A stretch of DNA of 64,000 nt from positions 1 to 64,000 of the IMG/VR virus record IMGVR_UViG_3300032224_000809. The stretch is one strand, 5' to 3'. The stretch's first letter is position 1; each line of letters starts with the position of its first letter. Origin of the DNA: a virus. Under the pieces are notes generated by a model. It made no database searches, had not been told where the DNA came from, and was given only the letters and a program-made list of their open reading frames with translations. Below are positions 25,160 through 36,211 of the stretch, one piece after another. Both the position numbers and the translations under genes were made by a program.

Positions 25160-28100
25160 ATGTCTAACCCATCAAATATCTATGCAGAAAAGATTTATTC
25201 TGAGCAGCCAACAGCAATGTGGTCGCTTGATGATACAGCAGACTACATTTCTTTTGTTAGTTCAGAGTTAAAAAGATCAGTACATCTTTGGGATATAGAA
25301 AACGGATCTGGAGTAGTTGGAACATCTGAAAATGAGCCATTCCCAGATAGTGTGGTTTCAAGTTTAAATGGTCAAATAAATAAGACATACGTTAAAGCAA
25401 CTAGCCCAGACTTTGCTAAATTTACAGATTTTGATCAAGATCTAAAAGTATTCTCTATTGGCGCATACGTCTATTCTCCAAGCACGTATTTAAGTAGCAT
25501 TGAAATTGGGTATGAGTATTCCGATTCTACATCTGGAACAACAGAATCTGTGTCTAAAGTATTTAACATTAACATAGGAGAGAAGTGGCTCAATGTTTCT
25601 GATACGTTTATAATTCCAAGACAGGATGTATATTTTAATCCGTTCATAAAAATATCCTATATTCCTGGCGGAGTAGTAAATGACTATAAGTTTTTGGTTA
25701 ATGGTTTAACTGTTGGTCAATGGAATGAGGAGTTTAGTGCAAAATCTTTAGGTGTTACTAAGATTCAAGTTCCATCAACTGTTAGATTGTTAGCAGGTCA
25801 TGATGCAATCGAAGCCCCTTCGTATGGATTGCAAAATGATCCAGGATATTATCTTGTAAATAATAATAGACTGCTTGCACAAAATTCTGGAATTCCATTA
25901 GTTTTTGGATCATCAAATGTAACTCATATTGTTCAAAATAGTGATGGCTTGCCATCTTTTATATTTCCAGGATGTGGATTTTTAAATGAGTCTGGAAAAT
26001 ATGAAGAAAAAACTTTAGAGTTTTGGCTAAGAATTTTTGCAGATTGTTCGACTCCAAAAAGACTTGTTGGTCCAGTAGCATCAGAAGATGGTCTGTATGC
26101 ATATAAGAATAATTTAATTTTAAAGGTTGGTGAATATACTAAGTCATATGGAATAGATGAGTGGTATAGGCCAATGCTTGTTGACTTAAGAATGGGAATA
26201 AATAATACAAGTCTATTGATTAATGGCGATGAGGTTATTTCAATTTCTATCGATATTGATACTATTTCTTTACCAGACAAAATTACAAAAATAGGAAATA
26301 CTTACTTTAATAATGACTGGATCGGGTTCTATTCATACGAAGAAGTTACTCAGTTTGATATTGATACAATTGCTATATATCCATACAAAGTCCCATCTTT
26401 GGTTGCAAAAAGAAGATTTGTGTACGGTCAGGGAGTTGAATATCCAGAAATTCTTAACTCCGCATATGGTGGCACATCTACTGTAATTGATTATCCATTT
26501 TCTAAATACACCAATAACTATTCCTACCCAGACCAAGGATCTTGGGCAAGTGGATATTTCACAAACCTATCAGTAACAAATAATACTCTGTCAACTCCAA
26601 ACTACAAGTTACCTGATTTTGTTTTTTCTAACAAAAGTTACGATAATTTTTATCTTGATAATTCTACAATTCAGAACGATAGCGATGGCAATTTTTTAAC
26701 GTTGAGGCCTTCAGCAGGTTGGTCATCAACAGATGGATATATTCATTTTGATAAGTTAAATATTCTAACAGATAGAACAGAAGCAGTCTATGGAGTATTT
26801 AAGATTGCAGAGCATAAAAGTTACGCTCAGGTTTTAATTCGAATTGAAGACTCCTCTAATGGAAATTATTTTTCTTTAGAGTTAGTTGGAGAAACTTTAA
26901 GGTATAAATTTAAAAATGGAGACAGTATTTCAACAGTGTACTCTGCAGAAGGAATTCTTACAGGATCTCTTTTTATTGCTGGAATTAGTATTGATAAATT
27001 TATAGATGCTTTTGGAAGTAGTGCTGCTTCACTTTTTGGCAATAGGGCTGCTCTTTCAGTTTATATTGCTGGAACAAAAGAGTTTGCAAGCACTTTTAGT
27101 GGAAAAATATTTGGAATTCATTTTGCAAATAAAGACACCCTTGACTTAATATCATATGGCTTTTCAGATAGGGGCGTTCCATTAGATTATGAAAACGTAT
27201 TTAATGACTATTCCACTGGCTCAGAAGTTGGAGAATCTGATTATGATGCACGGTTTTATAATACAAATTTTTGGTCAAGTTTGGCAGACGGGGGAAGTGT
27301 ATCCTCTTACATATCTTCAAGAATTGGTTCAGTAGTAAGTTCATACTCTTTACTTCCTCAATATTTTATGGGGTCATTTAAAATTGATATTGGATGCCAC
27401 GGATACTGGAAGACAACCCTGCCGTTAACCTATTTTGGTAAATATGTAAATGACTCATACGGGGATTCATATTATGATCTTGACTTTTTACAATTTAATA
27501 TTTCTGTTCCATCTCCAAGCAAGTTTGTTACAATTGAAAGCACTGGCTCTTGGAAATATGAAGACTTAAAACAAGCATACAGTAATGAAGAGTTTAATAG
27601 TTATGCCTATTTAAATAATCAACTTTATACTAACTATAATGACTATTTAGACTTAAAAAACAGATCTGAAAAAACATATTCGTATGATACATCAGAAAAT
27701 CCAATAAGAACTAGAGTAACCTTTGAATACACTGAGGCATCTGGTCAAACTCCAGACTCAGCATATGTTAACCAAATTGCACCAGATAAAAATGGAACAG
27801 TAAGAGTAGGCTCAGAGTGGATAAATACAGCCTATGAGGTTGTTGATGGAATGATTATTTATCCACCATCTGACGTAAATTTTGAAGATGTGTCAATCTC
27901 TGTTTCAGTAGATATGGTCACAAGATCAATGCTATCTTTGCCAATGTCAATAAAACAGTTACAGTTATCATCTCAGTCATTTAGCGAAGATGGCTTCAAT
28001 CCTATTGGAACAAAGTTTGGAACAGATATTTATCCATATACAAAGTCTGGACTTTATTATGATTACAAAACTGCAAACCCATATAGCATTTATAAGAAAA

Positions 28101-28867
28101 GTACTCCATATCTATATCTAACAAGAGATAGTGGCATTTCTATTAAAGGTGATTTTAAAGATGGCTCTGATAGAGGTATAGCAATTCCTATTAATTCCTC
28201 TAAGTCATCTTCATATAATTTAATGGCAGCACAATTCTCATTAAGATATGATTATGAGTTTTTCCCATTTTCTCCAATTAAAATTTTAAGTTTTGACAAT
28301 GGAACTAGGTTTATAGATATCTTCTTAGTTGCAAATACAACAGATGGAAAACGTGCAAAACTTTATGCAGTAAATGCTGCAACAGGAATTGTAGAAAGTG
28401 GTATTGCTTTTTATGTTAATGGAATTGTTAGCCGTGAGCCAGTTATTCAGGCTGGACACTGGGATATGCTGGGTATCTATTTTTCAGATCTTCTAAATCT
28501 AAAAAGTATTAATGGAAAAATGTCGGTATCAGGACCAGTAACAATTAATAACATATCTTTATATGATGCAAGTAGGCTTTCAGAAGTAAGAGATTTGCAG
28601 ACTAGACCTTGGTTTAGGGTTAAGGTTACTAATGACCCAGAAGATCTTTATGAGTGGACCTTCTGGGATCTAGACTTTAACTGGGACGAGGTATTAGTTA
28701 TTGCAACAACAAGCCTTTATGGGGTAGACCCAGAAACACTGTATAAAACCTTTATAGGCACAAATAGATTTATTGTTGATGATTCTTTGCCGTTATTGGT
28801 TGGAAATTATCAATATTCTATAAACTCGGATGTTAGATGGCAACAGGGAGTACAGACTTCTACGTAA
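25160..28867 (+). CDS. large virion structural protein (LamG/concanavalin-like segments), 1235 aa
   Basis: P.A.W.LDD start, TLEFW motif, beta-rich; context. Confidence 0.55.
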   Translation: MSNPSNIYAEKIYSEQPTAMWSLDDTADYISFVSSELKRSVHLWDIENGSGVVGTSENEPFPDSVVSSLNGQINKTYVKATSPDFAKFTDFDQDLKVFSIGAYVYSPSTYLSSIEIGYEYSDSTSGTTESVSKVFNINIGEKWLNVSDTFIIPRQDVYFNPFIKISYIPGGVVNDYKFLVNGLTVGQWNEEFSAKSLGVTKIQVPSTVRLLAGHDAIEAPSYGLQNDPGYYLVNNNRLLAQNSGIPLVFGSSNVTHIVQNSDGLPSFIFPGCGFLNESGKYEEKTLEFWLRIFADCSTPKRLVGPVASEDGLYAYKNNLILKVGEYTKSYGIDEWYRPMLVDLRMGINNTSLLINGDEVISISIDIDTISLPDKITKIGNTYFNNDWIGFYSYEEVTQFDIDTIAIYPYKVPSLVAKRRFVYGQGVEYPEILNSAYGGTSTVIDYPFSKYTNNYSYPDQGSWASGYFTNLSVTNNTLSTPNYKLPDFVFSNKSYDNFYLDNSTIQNDSDGNFLTLRPSAGWSSTDGYIHFDKLNILTDRTEAVYGVFKIAEHKSYAQVLIRIEDSSNGNYFSLELVGETLRYKFKNGDSISTVYSAEGILTGSLFIAGISIDKFIDAFGSSAASLFGNRAALSVYIAGTKEFASTFSGKIFGIHFANKDTLDLISYGFSDRGVPLDYENVFNDYSTGSEVGESDYDARFYNTNFWSSLADGGSVSSYISSRIGSVVSSYSLLPQYFMGSFKIDIGCHGYWKTTLPLTYFGKYVNDSYGDSYYDLDFLQFNISVPSPSKFVTIESTGSWKYEDLKQAYSNEEFNSYAYLNNQLYTNYNDYLDLKNRSEKTYSYDTSENPIRTRVTFEYTEASGQTPDSAYVNQIAPDKNGTVRVGSEWINTAYEVVDGMIIYPPSDVNFEDVSISVSVDMVTRSMLSLPMSIKQLQLSSQSFSEDGFNPIGTKFGTDIYPYTKSGLYYDYKTANPYSIYKKSTPYLYLTRDSGISIKGDFKDGSDRGIAIPINSSKSSSYNLMAAQFSLRYDYEFFPFSPIKILSFDNGTRFIDIFLVANTTDGKRAKLYAVNAATGIVESGIAFYVNGIVSREPVIQAGHWDMLGIYFSDLLNLKSINGKMSVSGPVTINNISLYDASRLSEVRDLQTRPWFRVKVTNDPEDLYEWTFWDLDFNWDEVLVIATTSLYGVDPETLYKTFIGTNRFIVDDSLPLLVGNYQYSINSDVRWQQGVQTST

Positions 28868-28885
28868 TATGGTATACTAATGGTT

Positions 28886-29272
28886 ATGGATTCATTAATT
28901 AACCCCGAAACTGGCGAGCCGATAGTAAAGAATGTAAGACGACAAGTCATCGACAAGATGTACGACTGGGGTTTATACGTATATAAGAAGTCTGATGGTA
29001 AATGGTTTACAGACGGCACTGGCTCTGTTTTAAATATACCAGCAATGAAAAACGACATAGGAAGAATCTCCGAGTTAAAGAAAGCAGCAATGCACTATGG
29101 GGATGACGGACAAGGAACAGCAGTATTTGTTCCAGGTCTGACAAGAGTTTCAGAAGAAGAATATTCAGAACAAGTTGATCGCTTTAAGTCTGGACTTATT
29201 CCATCAATGAATGACCTTGGCGCAGTCCAAGCAGCAAAAGACACAATCGCTCTTTATGGAGATGAGGAATAA
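28886..29272 (+). CDS. hypothetical protein upstream of portal
   Basis: ORF track; leaderless start after TGGTATACT. Confidence 0.7.
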   Translation: MDSLINPETGEPIVKNVRRQVIDKMYDWGLYVYKKSDGKWFTDGTGSVLNIPAMKNDIGRISELKKAAMHYGDDGQGTAVFVPGLTRVSEEEYSEQVDRFKSGLIPSMNDLGAVQAAKDTIALYGDEE

Positions 29273-30888
29273 TGGATAATGATGATATCTTAGTTGGTGC
29301 AAGAATTGACCAAATTCAAGATGAAAGAAATGCTTTTGTAACAAGCGATCCATTCAATAAATCGTGGGATGATCTTAAAAATTTGTCGGGACTATCAAAT
29401 AACTTTAAACGTAGAGCAGCCAGACTATCTAAGATGGAAGTAACAGATCAATATCTAGAAGACTCAGGATCTGGAAAAGTTGGTGTTGGTGGTGCTAAAT
29501 CAAAAGAAATTAATCCAGGATCAGTATTTAGAAATGCGTATGGTCTCTTTGATGTAATTACTCCGCCATGGAACGTTTATGAGTTGGCAAATTATTATGA
29601 TACTTCGTTTGCAAATCATGCAGCAATTGATGCTAAAGTTGAAAATATTGTAGGGCTAGGTTATGACTTTAAGGTTTCTCCAAGAACAATGCTGAAGTTA
29701 GAATCATCAACAGACACTGGAGCAACAGACCGTGCAAGAAAAAGAATTGAAAGAGCAAAGATTGAAATGAGAGACTGGTTAGAATCTCTTAATGATGACG
29801 ATTCGCTTACTGGCACAATGGAAAAAGTGTATACAGATGTTCAAGCAATCGGTAATGGTTATTTAGAAATTGGAAGAACCACACGTGGGGAGATTGGGTA
29901 TGTAGGGCATATTCCAGCAACCACAATTAGAGTAAGACGATTAAAAGATGGATACATTCAGATTATTGGAAACAAAACAGTTTACTTTAAAAATTTTGGG
30001 GCAACAAATCAAAACATGGTTACTGATGATCCAAGACCAAATGAGATCATACACTTTAAGCAATACTCACCATTAAATACATTCTATGGCGTACCAGACG
30101 TAATGTCTGCAATATCTTCACTTATTGGTGATCAACTGGCTTCACAATATAATATTGACTATTTCTCAAATAAGGCTGTCCCTAGATATGTTGTTACATT
30201 AAAGGGTGCAAAGTTATCTGCAGATGCAGAAGACAAAATGTTTAGATTTTTACAGACAGGCCTTAAAGGACAGTCTCACAGAACTCTTTATATTCCACTT
30301 CCTCCAGACTCAGATACAAACAAGGTTGAATTTAAGATGGAGCCAATTGAGGCAGGAATTCAGGAAGGCTCATTTAAAGAATATCGTAAACAAAATCGTG
30401 ACGACATTCTGGTAGCACATCAGGTTCCACTTTCAAAACTTGGAGGATCCGATTCTTCTGCTATTGCTGCAGCACTTGCTCAGGATAGAACATTTAAGGA
30501 GCAGGTTGCAAGACCAGCACAAGCACAACTTGAAAAAATGATCAATAAAGTTATTAAAGAAAAAACAGATATTCTTGAGTTTAAGTTTAACGAGTTGACA
30601 CTTACTGATGAAATTACTCAGTCTCAAATACTTGAGAGGTACGTAAAGAATCAGGTTATGACACCAAATGAAGCACGTATTGCTTTAGGTATGCCAGTAA
30701 GAGAAGGTGGCGATGAGCCACTAGACCTAAAGCCTCAGCAAGCAGCAGATGCCACAGCCAACAGGGCTAGAGATGGTGAGAGAGTAAATAATAACTCTGA
30801 CAGTCCTACAACAGTTGCTGGTCGTAATCCTAAAGGACAAGGAAGAAAGTTTGATGATTTACTTGAACTATCCGAATTGTCCGAATAG
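29272..30888 (+). CDS. portal protein
   Basis: GNGYLE, EIIHFK, FYGVP, YFSNKAVP, DDILVAHQVP, MTPNEAR..LG. Confidence 0.9.
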   Translation: MDNDDILVGARIDQIQDERNAFVTSDPFNKSWDDLKNLSGLSNNFKRRAARLSKMEVTDQYLEDSGSGKVGVGGAKSKEINPGSVFRNAYGLFDVITPPWNVYELANYYDTSFANHAAIDAKVENIVGLGYDFKVSPRTMLKLESSTDTGATDRARKRIERAKIEMRDWLESLNDDDSLTGTMEKVYTDVQAIGNGYLEIGRTTRGEIGYVGHIPATTIRVRRLKDGYIQIIGNKTVYFKNFGATNQNMVTDDPRPNEIIHFKQYSPLNTFYGVPDVMSAISSLIGDQLASQYNIDYFSNKAVPRYVVTLKGAKLSADAEDKMFRFLQTGLKGQSHRTLYIPLPPDSDTNKVEFKMEPIEAGIQEGSFKEYRKQNRDDILVAHQVPLSKLGGSDSSAIAAALAQDRTFKEQVARPAQAQLEKMINKVIKEKTDILEFKFNELTLTDEITQSQILERYVKNQVMTPNEARIALGMPVREGGDEPLDLKPQQAADATANRARDGERVNNNSDSPTTVAGRNPKGQGRKFDDLLELSELSE

Positions 30889-30920
30889 TGAGATATCAAT
30901 AAAAAGGGGTTTATAATATA

Positions 30921-32357
30921 ATGGTGAACAGTCTATCTAAAGCCCATTGGAATTCGGATGGGGAAAATCTGCGTCTCTCGATGCCATTCTCAAAAGTTGA
31001 TGAGAATAGAAGAACGGTATCTGGATTTGCATCACTTGATAATATTGACAAGCAGGATGATATTGTAACTGCCGAAGCATCAATGGAAGCATTTGCCAAG
31101 TTTCGTGGGAACATTAGAGAAATGCATCAACCATTAGCAGTAGGCAAAATGATTTCATTTAAAGCAGACAAATATTTTGATCCAGAAACAAAGAAATTTT
31201 ATAATGGAGTCTATGTATCTGCATATGTTTCAAAGGGTGCACAAGATACTTGGGAAAAGGTTCTTGATGGAACACTTCAAGGTTTTTCTATCGGTGGAAA
31301 AATGAATAAATGGGATGATGGTTATGACGAGAAATCGGATAAAGCAATTAGAATTATTAAGCAATATGATTTGGTAGAGTTGAGTCTTGTTGATTCACCA
31401 GCAAATCAATTTGCAAACATTATGTCTGTAGAAAAAGTTGATGGAATAAATGTTATTAAAGCAGACGAAACAGTATTAGAAAATGTATTTTATGATAAAG
31501 AATCTGGTATCGTTATGGTTTCTGAAAATGAAAATGAGTTAAGCCCAACAACAGGAAGTCAAATGGAAAACATAGGATTCGTTGAAAAAACGGATAACGA
31601 AAAGGTAACAATGATAAAATTCTTAGTTGATAGTGCTAAAGGCATTAATACTTCTAAGATTAACAAGGAGGAAAACCTTATGGCAAAATCAACAAAAAAC
31701 ACAGTTGAAGAGATCGTAGAGAAATCTGATATTGCAGTTGAAATAACAGAGGTCGCTCCAGTAGCAGAAAATGAAGTTACAAAGGCTTCAACATGTCCAG
31801 ATTGCGGAAAATCTATGGACGCATGCAAATGCGATTCAAAGGCTGATGCAGCAACATGTCCAGATTGCGGAAAGGCTATGGACGCATGCGAATGTGCTTC
31901 AAAGTCAGATGCAGAAACAGAAAAGGCTGCAAAGCCAAAGGCTGGCGAAGAGTCTGCTGCTCATGAAGGAACTGAATCAACAGATGTTGAAGCAGAAGAA
32001 GACAAGAAGAAGCCTATGGCTCCTAAGTCAGATGTTGTAGAAACAAATGACGGTCTTGAAAAAGCCTTTAGCGATCTAGTAGAAATAGTCAAGTCATTGC
32101 AATCAGAAGTAGAACTTTTAAAGTCTACTAAGGTTGACATTGAAGTGGCACAAAATTCATTTGAAGCAGTTGCAAAAGATATTGCATCAGCAACAAATGT
32201 ATTTAATGAATTTGGAAAGCGTGTAGAACTTGTAGAGCAAGATACTGCATTCCGAAAGTCTGGTGATCTCGGAGAGATTATTCAGGATCAGCCTGAAATG
32301 GTTGAAAAATCCCTATGGGGCGGGAGTTTCCTCAAAACAACCGATCTATTTAAGTAA
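30921..32357 (+). CDS. prohead maturation protease fused to scaffolding region
   Basis: GFAS...D.Q.D, EMH, GFSIGG, ELSLVDSPAN (HK97-type protease); acidic coiled C-terminal half. Confidence 0.88.
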   Translation: MVNSLSKAHWNSDGENLRLSMPFSKVDENRRTVSGFASLDNIDKQDDIVTAEASMEAFAKFRGNIREMHQPLAVGKMISFKADKYFDPETKKFYNGVYVSAYVSKGAQDTWEKVLDGTLQGFSIGGKMNKWDDGYDEKSDKAIRIIKQYDLVELSLVDSPANQFANIMSVEKVDGINVIKADETVLENVFYDKESGIVMVSENENELSPTTGSQMENIGFVEKTDNEKVTMIKFLVDSAKGINTSKINKEENLMAKSTKNTVEEIVEKSDIAVEITEVAPVAENEVTKASTCPDCGKSMDACKCDSKADAATCPDCGKAMDACECASKSDAETEKAAKPKAGEESAAHEGTESTDVEAEEDKKKPMAPKSDVVETNDGLEKAFSDLVEIVKSLQSEVELLKSTKVDIEVAQNSFEAVAKDIASATNVFNEFGKRVELVEQDTAFRKSGDLGEIIQDQPEMVEKSLWGGSFLKTTDLFK

Positions 32358-32381
32358 GAAAGTCACTTGGAGGTGAAATAA

Positions 32382-33518
32382 ATGTCGGAACAAAATATAG
32401 AAAAGAATCAACCAGGAACTTCTGGTAACGTGGGCGGAACAGCCCCAGGACTCTACCAAGGCCAAGGATCATTCGTATCAGGTGGTATTGGCGGAGTTTC
32501 TAACCCAGGAGCAAGCACATTGGGTAACACCCCAGTGGCAACCCTAGGTTCAAACTCTGGTTCCAATGCCGTAAACCCTTCTGGGACTACTGCAGCATCT
32601 GGAATTTTGCGCCCTGAACAGGCACGTCGTTTTATTGACTATGTTTGGGATGCAACTGTACTTGCAAATGATGGCCGTAAGGTCACAATGCGAGCAAACA
32701 CTATGGAACTTGAAAAGGTAAACGTAGGAGAACGTGTAATTCGTTCAGCAGCACAGGCTGACGGTACATATACAAACACAGGAGCGACATTCTCAAAGGT
32801 CGAATTAACTACAAAGAAGATTCGTCTTGACTGGGAAGTATCTGCTGAAGCACTTGAAGATGGCGTAGAAGGAGATGCTCTTGAGGATCACCTAGTACGT
32901 TTGATGACAAATGCGTTTGCAAATGATATCGAAGACCTTGCAATCAATGGTGATGGTTCAACATCCCCATTCCTTAACATCATGACTGGTTTCGTAAAGA
33001 AGACCAAGACTAACGGATTCGCACATGAGTCAGTTGTAACCGTAGCAGATAATGCTTGGACACCTGAAGTTATGCAGGGAATCATCAATGTAATGCCACG
33101 TAAGTACCGTGCACTTAAGAACAATCTTAAGTTCTACGCAGGTACAGATGTATTCGGAGGAATCGTTAAGAACAACGGTACCCTTGCAGATGCAGTTGCA
33201 GAAGCATTTACTGGTCGTATGCCAGGAAGCACACAAGCAAACCGTCAGAACTATCTAGACGGACTTGGACAGACATTTGGTGGAGCACGTACAACTCGTG
33301 TTCTCGGAATTGAAGTTCAGGAAGTCCCTTACTACCCAGCAGGATACGTCGACTTGACATTCCCTGCTAACCGTGTATGGGGTATGCAACGTGACATCAC
33401 TGTAAACCGTGAATACGTAGCAAAGAAGGACACAATTGAATACACAGTATTCGTCCGCTTTGGTATTCAGTGGGAAGAAGAAGATGCAATTGCATTCGCT
33501 GACGCTGCTGCAGAGTAA
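32382..33518 (+). CDS. major capsid protein
   Basis: Position after protease; GILRPEQA..FID, FANDIEDLAINGD HK97-fold pattern; strong RBS and terminator. Confidence 0.88.
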   Translation: MSEQNIEKNQPGTSGNVGGTAPGLYQGQGSFVSGGIGGVSNPGASTLGNTPVATLGSNSGSNAVNPSGTTAASGILRPEQARRFIDYVWDATVLANDGRKVTMRANTMELEKVNVGERVIRSAAQADGTYTNTGATFSKVELTTKKIRLDWEVSAEALEDGVEGDALEDHLVRLMTNAFANDIEDLAINGDGSTSPFLNIMTGFVKKTKTNGFAHESVVTVADNAWTPEVMQGIINVMPRKYRALKNNLKFYAGTDVFGGIVKNNGTLADAVAEAFTGRMPGSTQANRQNYLDGLGQTFGGARTTRVLGIEVQEVPYYPAGYVDLTFPANRVWGMQRDITVNREYVAKKDTIEYTVFVRFGIQWEEEDAIAFADAAAE

Positions 33519-33539
33519 TCTGTAAACAGTACCTTTAAT

Positions 33540-33573
33540 GGGGGGCGGGAGTTCACTCTCCTGCCCCCTTATT
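33540..33573 (+). terminator. hairpin terminator after capsid gene
   Basis: gggggcgggag/ctcctgccccc stem. Confidence 0.7.
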
Positions 33574-33621
33574 AAATTTATAATGATATAATACAATTAA
33601 CACTACAAGGAGGGCATACTT

Positions 33622-34176
33622 ATGTCAGAAGAACTAAATAACGAAATTGCTGGGACATTTTCAGAAGAAGAACTATCTTCTATTGTTGAAGAAAACCCAG
33701 AAGTTTTAGAAGTACCAGAACCACCTGCACCAGCAATGAGTGAAGAAGATCAAGCAATGGTTGATGAAGTTAACGATGTAGAATTACTTGAACTTGAAGA
33801 TGCACCACAATGGAAAGACCCAGAGCCTTTCCTTTACGTTCATCCAGGAGAGCCAGGATCAGATGATCATGTTATAGGTTCACCAGAAACACCAGAGGTC
33901 GCACCACAGCCATCACTTGGCTACAACGATAATGGAGTTTTAGGATCGACTGCACCAGTTGAACAAGAAGTTCATGCAGCACCTGCTGCACCATCTGCAC
34001 CACTTACATCAGACAAGGTTGCAGTATTTTCTACAAGAAACGCATCATGGGGAGAATTTGGCAAGGTCTATAATGGCTACAACATTCTTTCTCCAAAGGC
34101 AGCCGAGGCTTGGTTGACAAGAGATCACTGCAGAATTGCTACACCAGAAGAAGTTGCGAAGGAATTCGGTAACTAA
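33622..34176 (+). CDS. acidic Pro/Glu-rich protein
   Basis: ORF track; compact C-terminal domain GYNI...W..R...RIATPEEVAKEFG. Confidence 0.7.
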   Translation: MSEELNNEIAGTFSEEELSSIVEENPEVLEVPEPPAPAMSEEDQAMVDEVNDVELLELEDAPQWKDPEPFLYVHPGEPGSDDHVIGSPETPEVAPQPSLGYNDNGVLGSTAPVEQEVHAAPAAPSAPLTSDKVAVFSTRNASWGEFGKVYNGYNILSPKAAEAWLTRDHCRIATPEEVAKEFGN

Positions 34177-34179
34177 TTC

Positions 34180-35088
34180 ATGGAGGTAATGAGAGTTCCA
34201 CCTTATCCTATTACAACTACTTGGACACTACCTATAGCCAACTATAACTATGTTCAAGTTGTTGAGGATTTGGTGGATCACTCAGTAGTAGAGACTACAG
34301 TACATTCAGATGCTCATGGCATTGTTACATATGTGCTACCACTAGACAAAGTAAGTTTTGATAGAAAGTTTTACATTAAGTTTTATGACACAGCAAAAGT
34401 TAATGTTTTGTATGAAGAAAACCTAGATATTATTAGACCATATGTGAATGCAAACAAGATTGGTGATACTGCTTCAGAAGTTGCAGAGTATAGAATGCAT
34501 GAACTTTTTGCTAGAGCAATTATTGATACTATTATTCCAAATGGATTCTATAACCATAAACAAATTATTCAGACAGTTGGACAAGGAACAGATTACTTCC
34601 CACTATGGGCCGACACAAATAAAATTTTAAAAGTATATGAAAATAACGTTTTAGTTTATGATGTAGAAACACCACAAACAAATATACATAATTATATGAT
34701 TACTCTTGATAACTCTGCAGTTCAAAGAGTTGTAAATGAAATGTGGAATCGTGCAGAATATCAAATGCCTAACCTACCGATCTCAAGAGGAGACCTTGGA
34801 TATTTTGGATATGAAACAGTAGGGTTCCCATCAGGATGGGATTATACATTTATTGTTGATAGCGGATATAAAACTATTCCATCAGATGTAGAGGTTGCAA
34901 CTAAAGCACTTATTGAAGATATAAAATGTGGAAAATTAGACTATTATAAAAGATATGTAAAATCATATAATACAGATCAATTTACAATTGAATTTGATCC
35001 AGCAATACTTAGCGGAACAGGAAATATGTTTGTAGATAAGATTTTAGATAAGTATGCTAATACTATTCTAAAGCCAGGGATAATCTAA
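34180..35088 (+). CDS. head-tail adaptor/connector
   Basis: Synteny; GY..IP.DV..A motif, ILDKY terminus. Confidence 0.65.
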   Translation: MEVMRVPPYPITTTWTLPIANYNYVQVVEDLVDHSVVETTVHSDAHGIVTYVLPLDKVSFDRKFYIKFYDTAKVNVLYEENLDIIRPYVNANKIGDTASEVAEYRMHELFARAIIDTIIPNGFYNHKQIIQTVGQGTDYFPLWADTNKILKVYENNVLVYDVETPQTNIHNYMITLDNSAVQRVVNEMWNRAEYQMPNLPISRGDLGYFGYETVGFPSGWDYTFIVDSGYKTIPSDVEVATKALIEDIKCGKLDYYKRYVKSYNTDQFTIEFDPAILSGTGNMFVDKILDKYANTILKPGII

Positions 35089-35534
35089 TGTTATGCGAAA
35101 TTTCAGATTTTACTTTCCCACTATTGGCTGATGTTTATTACCCAATCGTTACACAAGGAGACCTTGGAGAAGTAAAAAAGCAGTGGCTAATAGACAAGAC
35201 AATTGCTTGTAGCCTATCTTATGCGGGACTTAAAGCAAAAGAAGAAATAACCCCAAACCCAATTATCACACATAGTTCAGTACTATACGGAAGAACAAAA
35301 AACGATATTAGAATCTCAGAACGACAAGAAGCCACCTCTATTACAAATATTGTACTAACAAACATAAGAGATTCATCTGGAACACCAATATATACAGAGA
35401 CAGCAGGAGTTAGAGCAGGCAAGTCAACAATATTTGAAATTGCTACTAGTGAGCCTTTTGTTGGGCCCTTCGGAGGAATTGAATATTATAAATTAGTTGT
35501 TAGAAGATCTGAAAACCAGGTGTCAACAATATGA
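35088..35534 (+). CDS. head closure/stopper-like protein
   Basis: Synteny and size. Confidence 0.5.
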   Translation: MLCEISDFTFPLLADVYYPIVTQGDLGEVKKQWLIDKTIACSLSYAGLKAKEEITPNPIITHSSVLYGRTKNDIRISERQEATSITNIVLTNIRDSSGTPIYTETAGVRAGKSTIFEIATSEPFVGPFGGIEYYKLVVRRSENQVSTI

Positions 35535-36211
35535 TAAGCCTTAAGTTTAATACAGCAGCATTTAATAAAGAAATGAAAAACATAATGGACTACTCATTTG
35601 GATTTCTTGAAGGACTTGAATACGGTAAAACAGAAATGTATAGAAACTTAGGACCAGAAATTACAGATATTGTTTATTCATACATAGACTCAAATGCAAG
35701 GGTAAGCCCACAAACACTTCATCACATATATGAGTGGTATCAGATAGGAAGCCCAGAGTCACGACTATACGACATAAACTACTCAATAACATCAACAGGT
35801 TTAAAATTCTCTAGTAACTTTAAACAATCAAACACTATAAAAGATGGATCTAAAGTACCCTTCTATAGCAAGGCGCAGATTATGGAAAGCGGAACTCCTG
35901 TTACCATAGCACCTAGAAAAGCAAAGGTTTTAGCATTCGATATTGATGGACAGACAATATTTACTCCAAACTCAGTTACTATTGATAACCCTGGAGGTCA
36001 GTCACAAGGTCAATTTGCAAAAGTTTTAGATTCATTTTTTAGTGTTTATTTTAAACAATCATTTTTAAAGGCAAGCGGTTTATCAGATCACTTCAAGAAT
36101 GCTAAAGTATTTAAAGAAAATATTCGTGCAGGTGCAAGAGGTGGAAGGTCAGTCGGAGTATCAACTGGATCTCGCTGGGTAGCAACTGCATCAATTGGAA
36201 AGGTATCATAA
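35531..36211 (+). CDS. neck/tail completion protein
   Basis: Synteny; I.P.KAKVLAF motif. Confidence 0.5.
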   Translation: MISLKFNTAAFNKEMKNIMDYSFGFLEGLEYGKTEMYRNLGPEITDIVYSYIDSNARVSPQTLHHIYEWYQIGSPESRLYDINYSITSTGLKFSSNFKQSNTIKDGSKVPFYSKAQIMESGTPVTIAPRKAKVLAFDIDGQTIFTPNSVTIDNPGGQSQGQFAKVLDSFFSVYFKQSFLKASGLSDHFKNAKVFKENIRAGARGGRSVGVSTGSRWVATASIGKVS

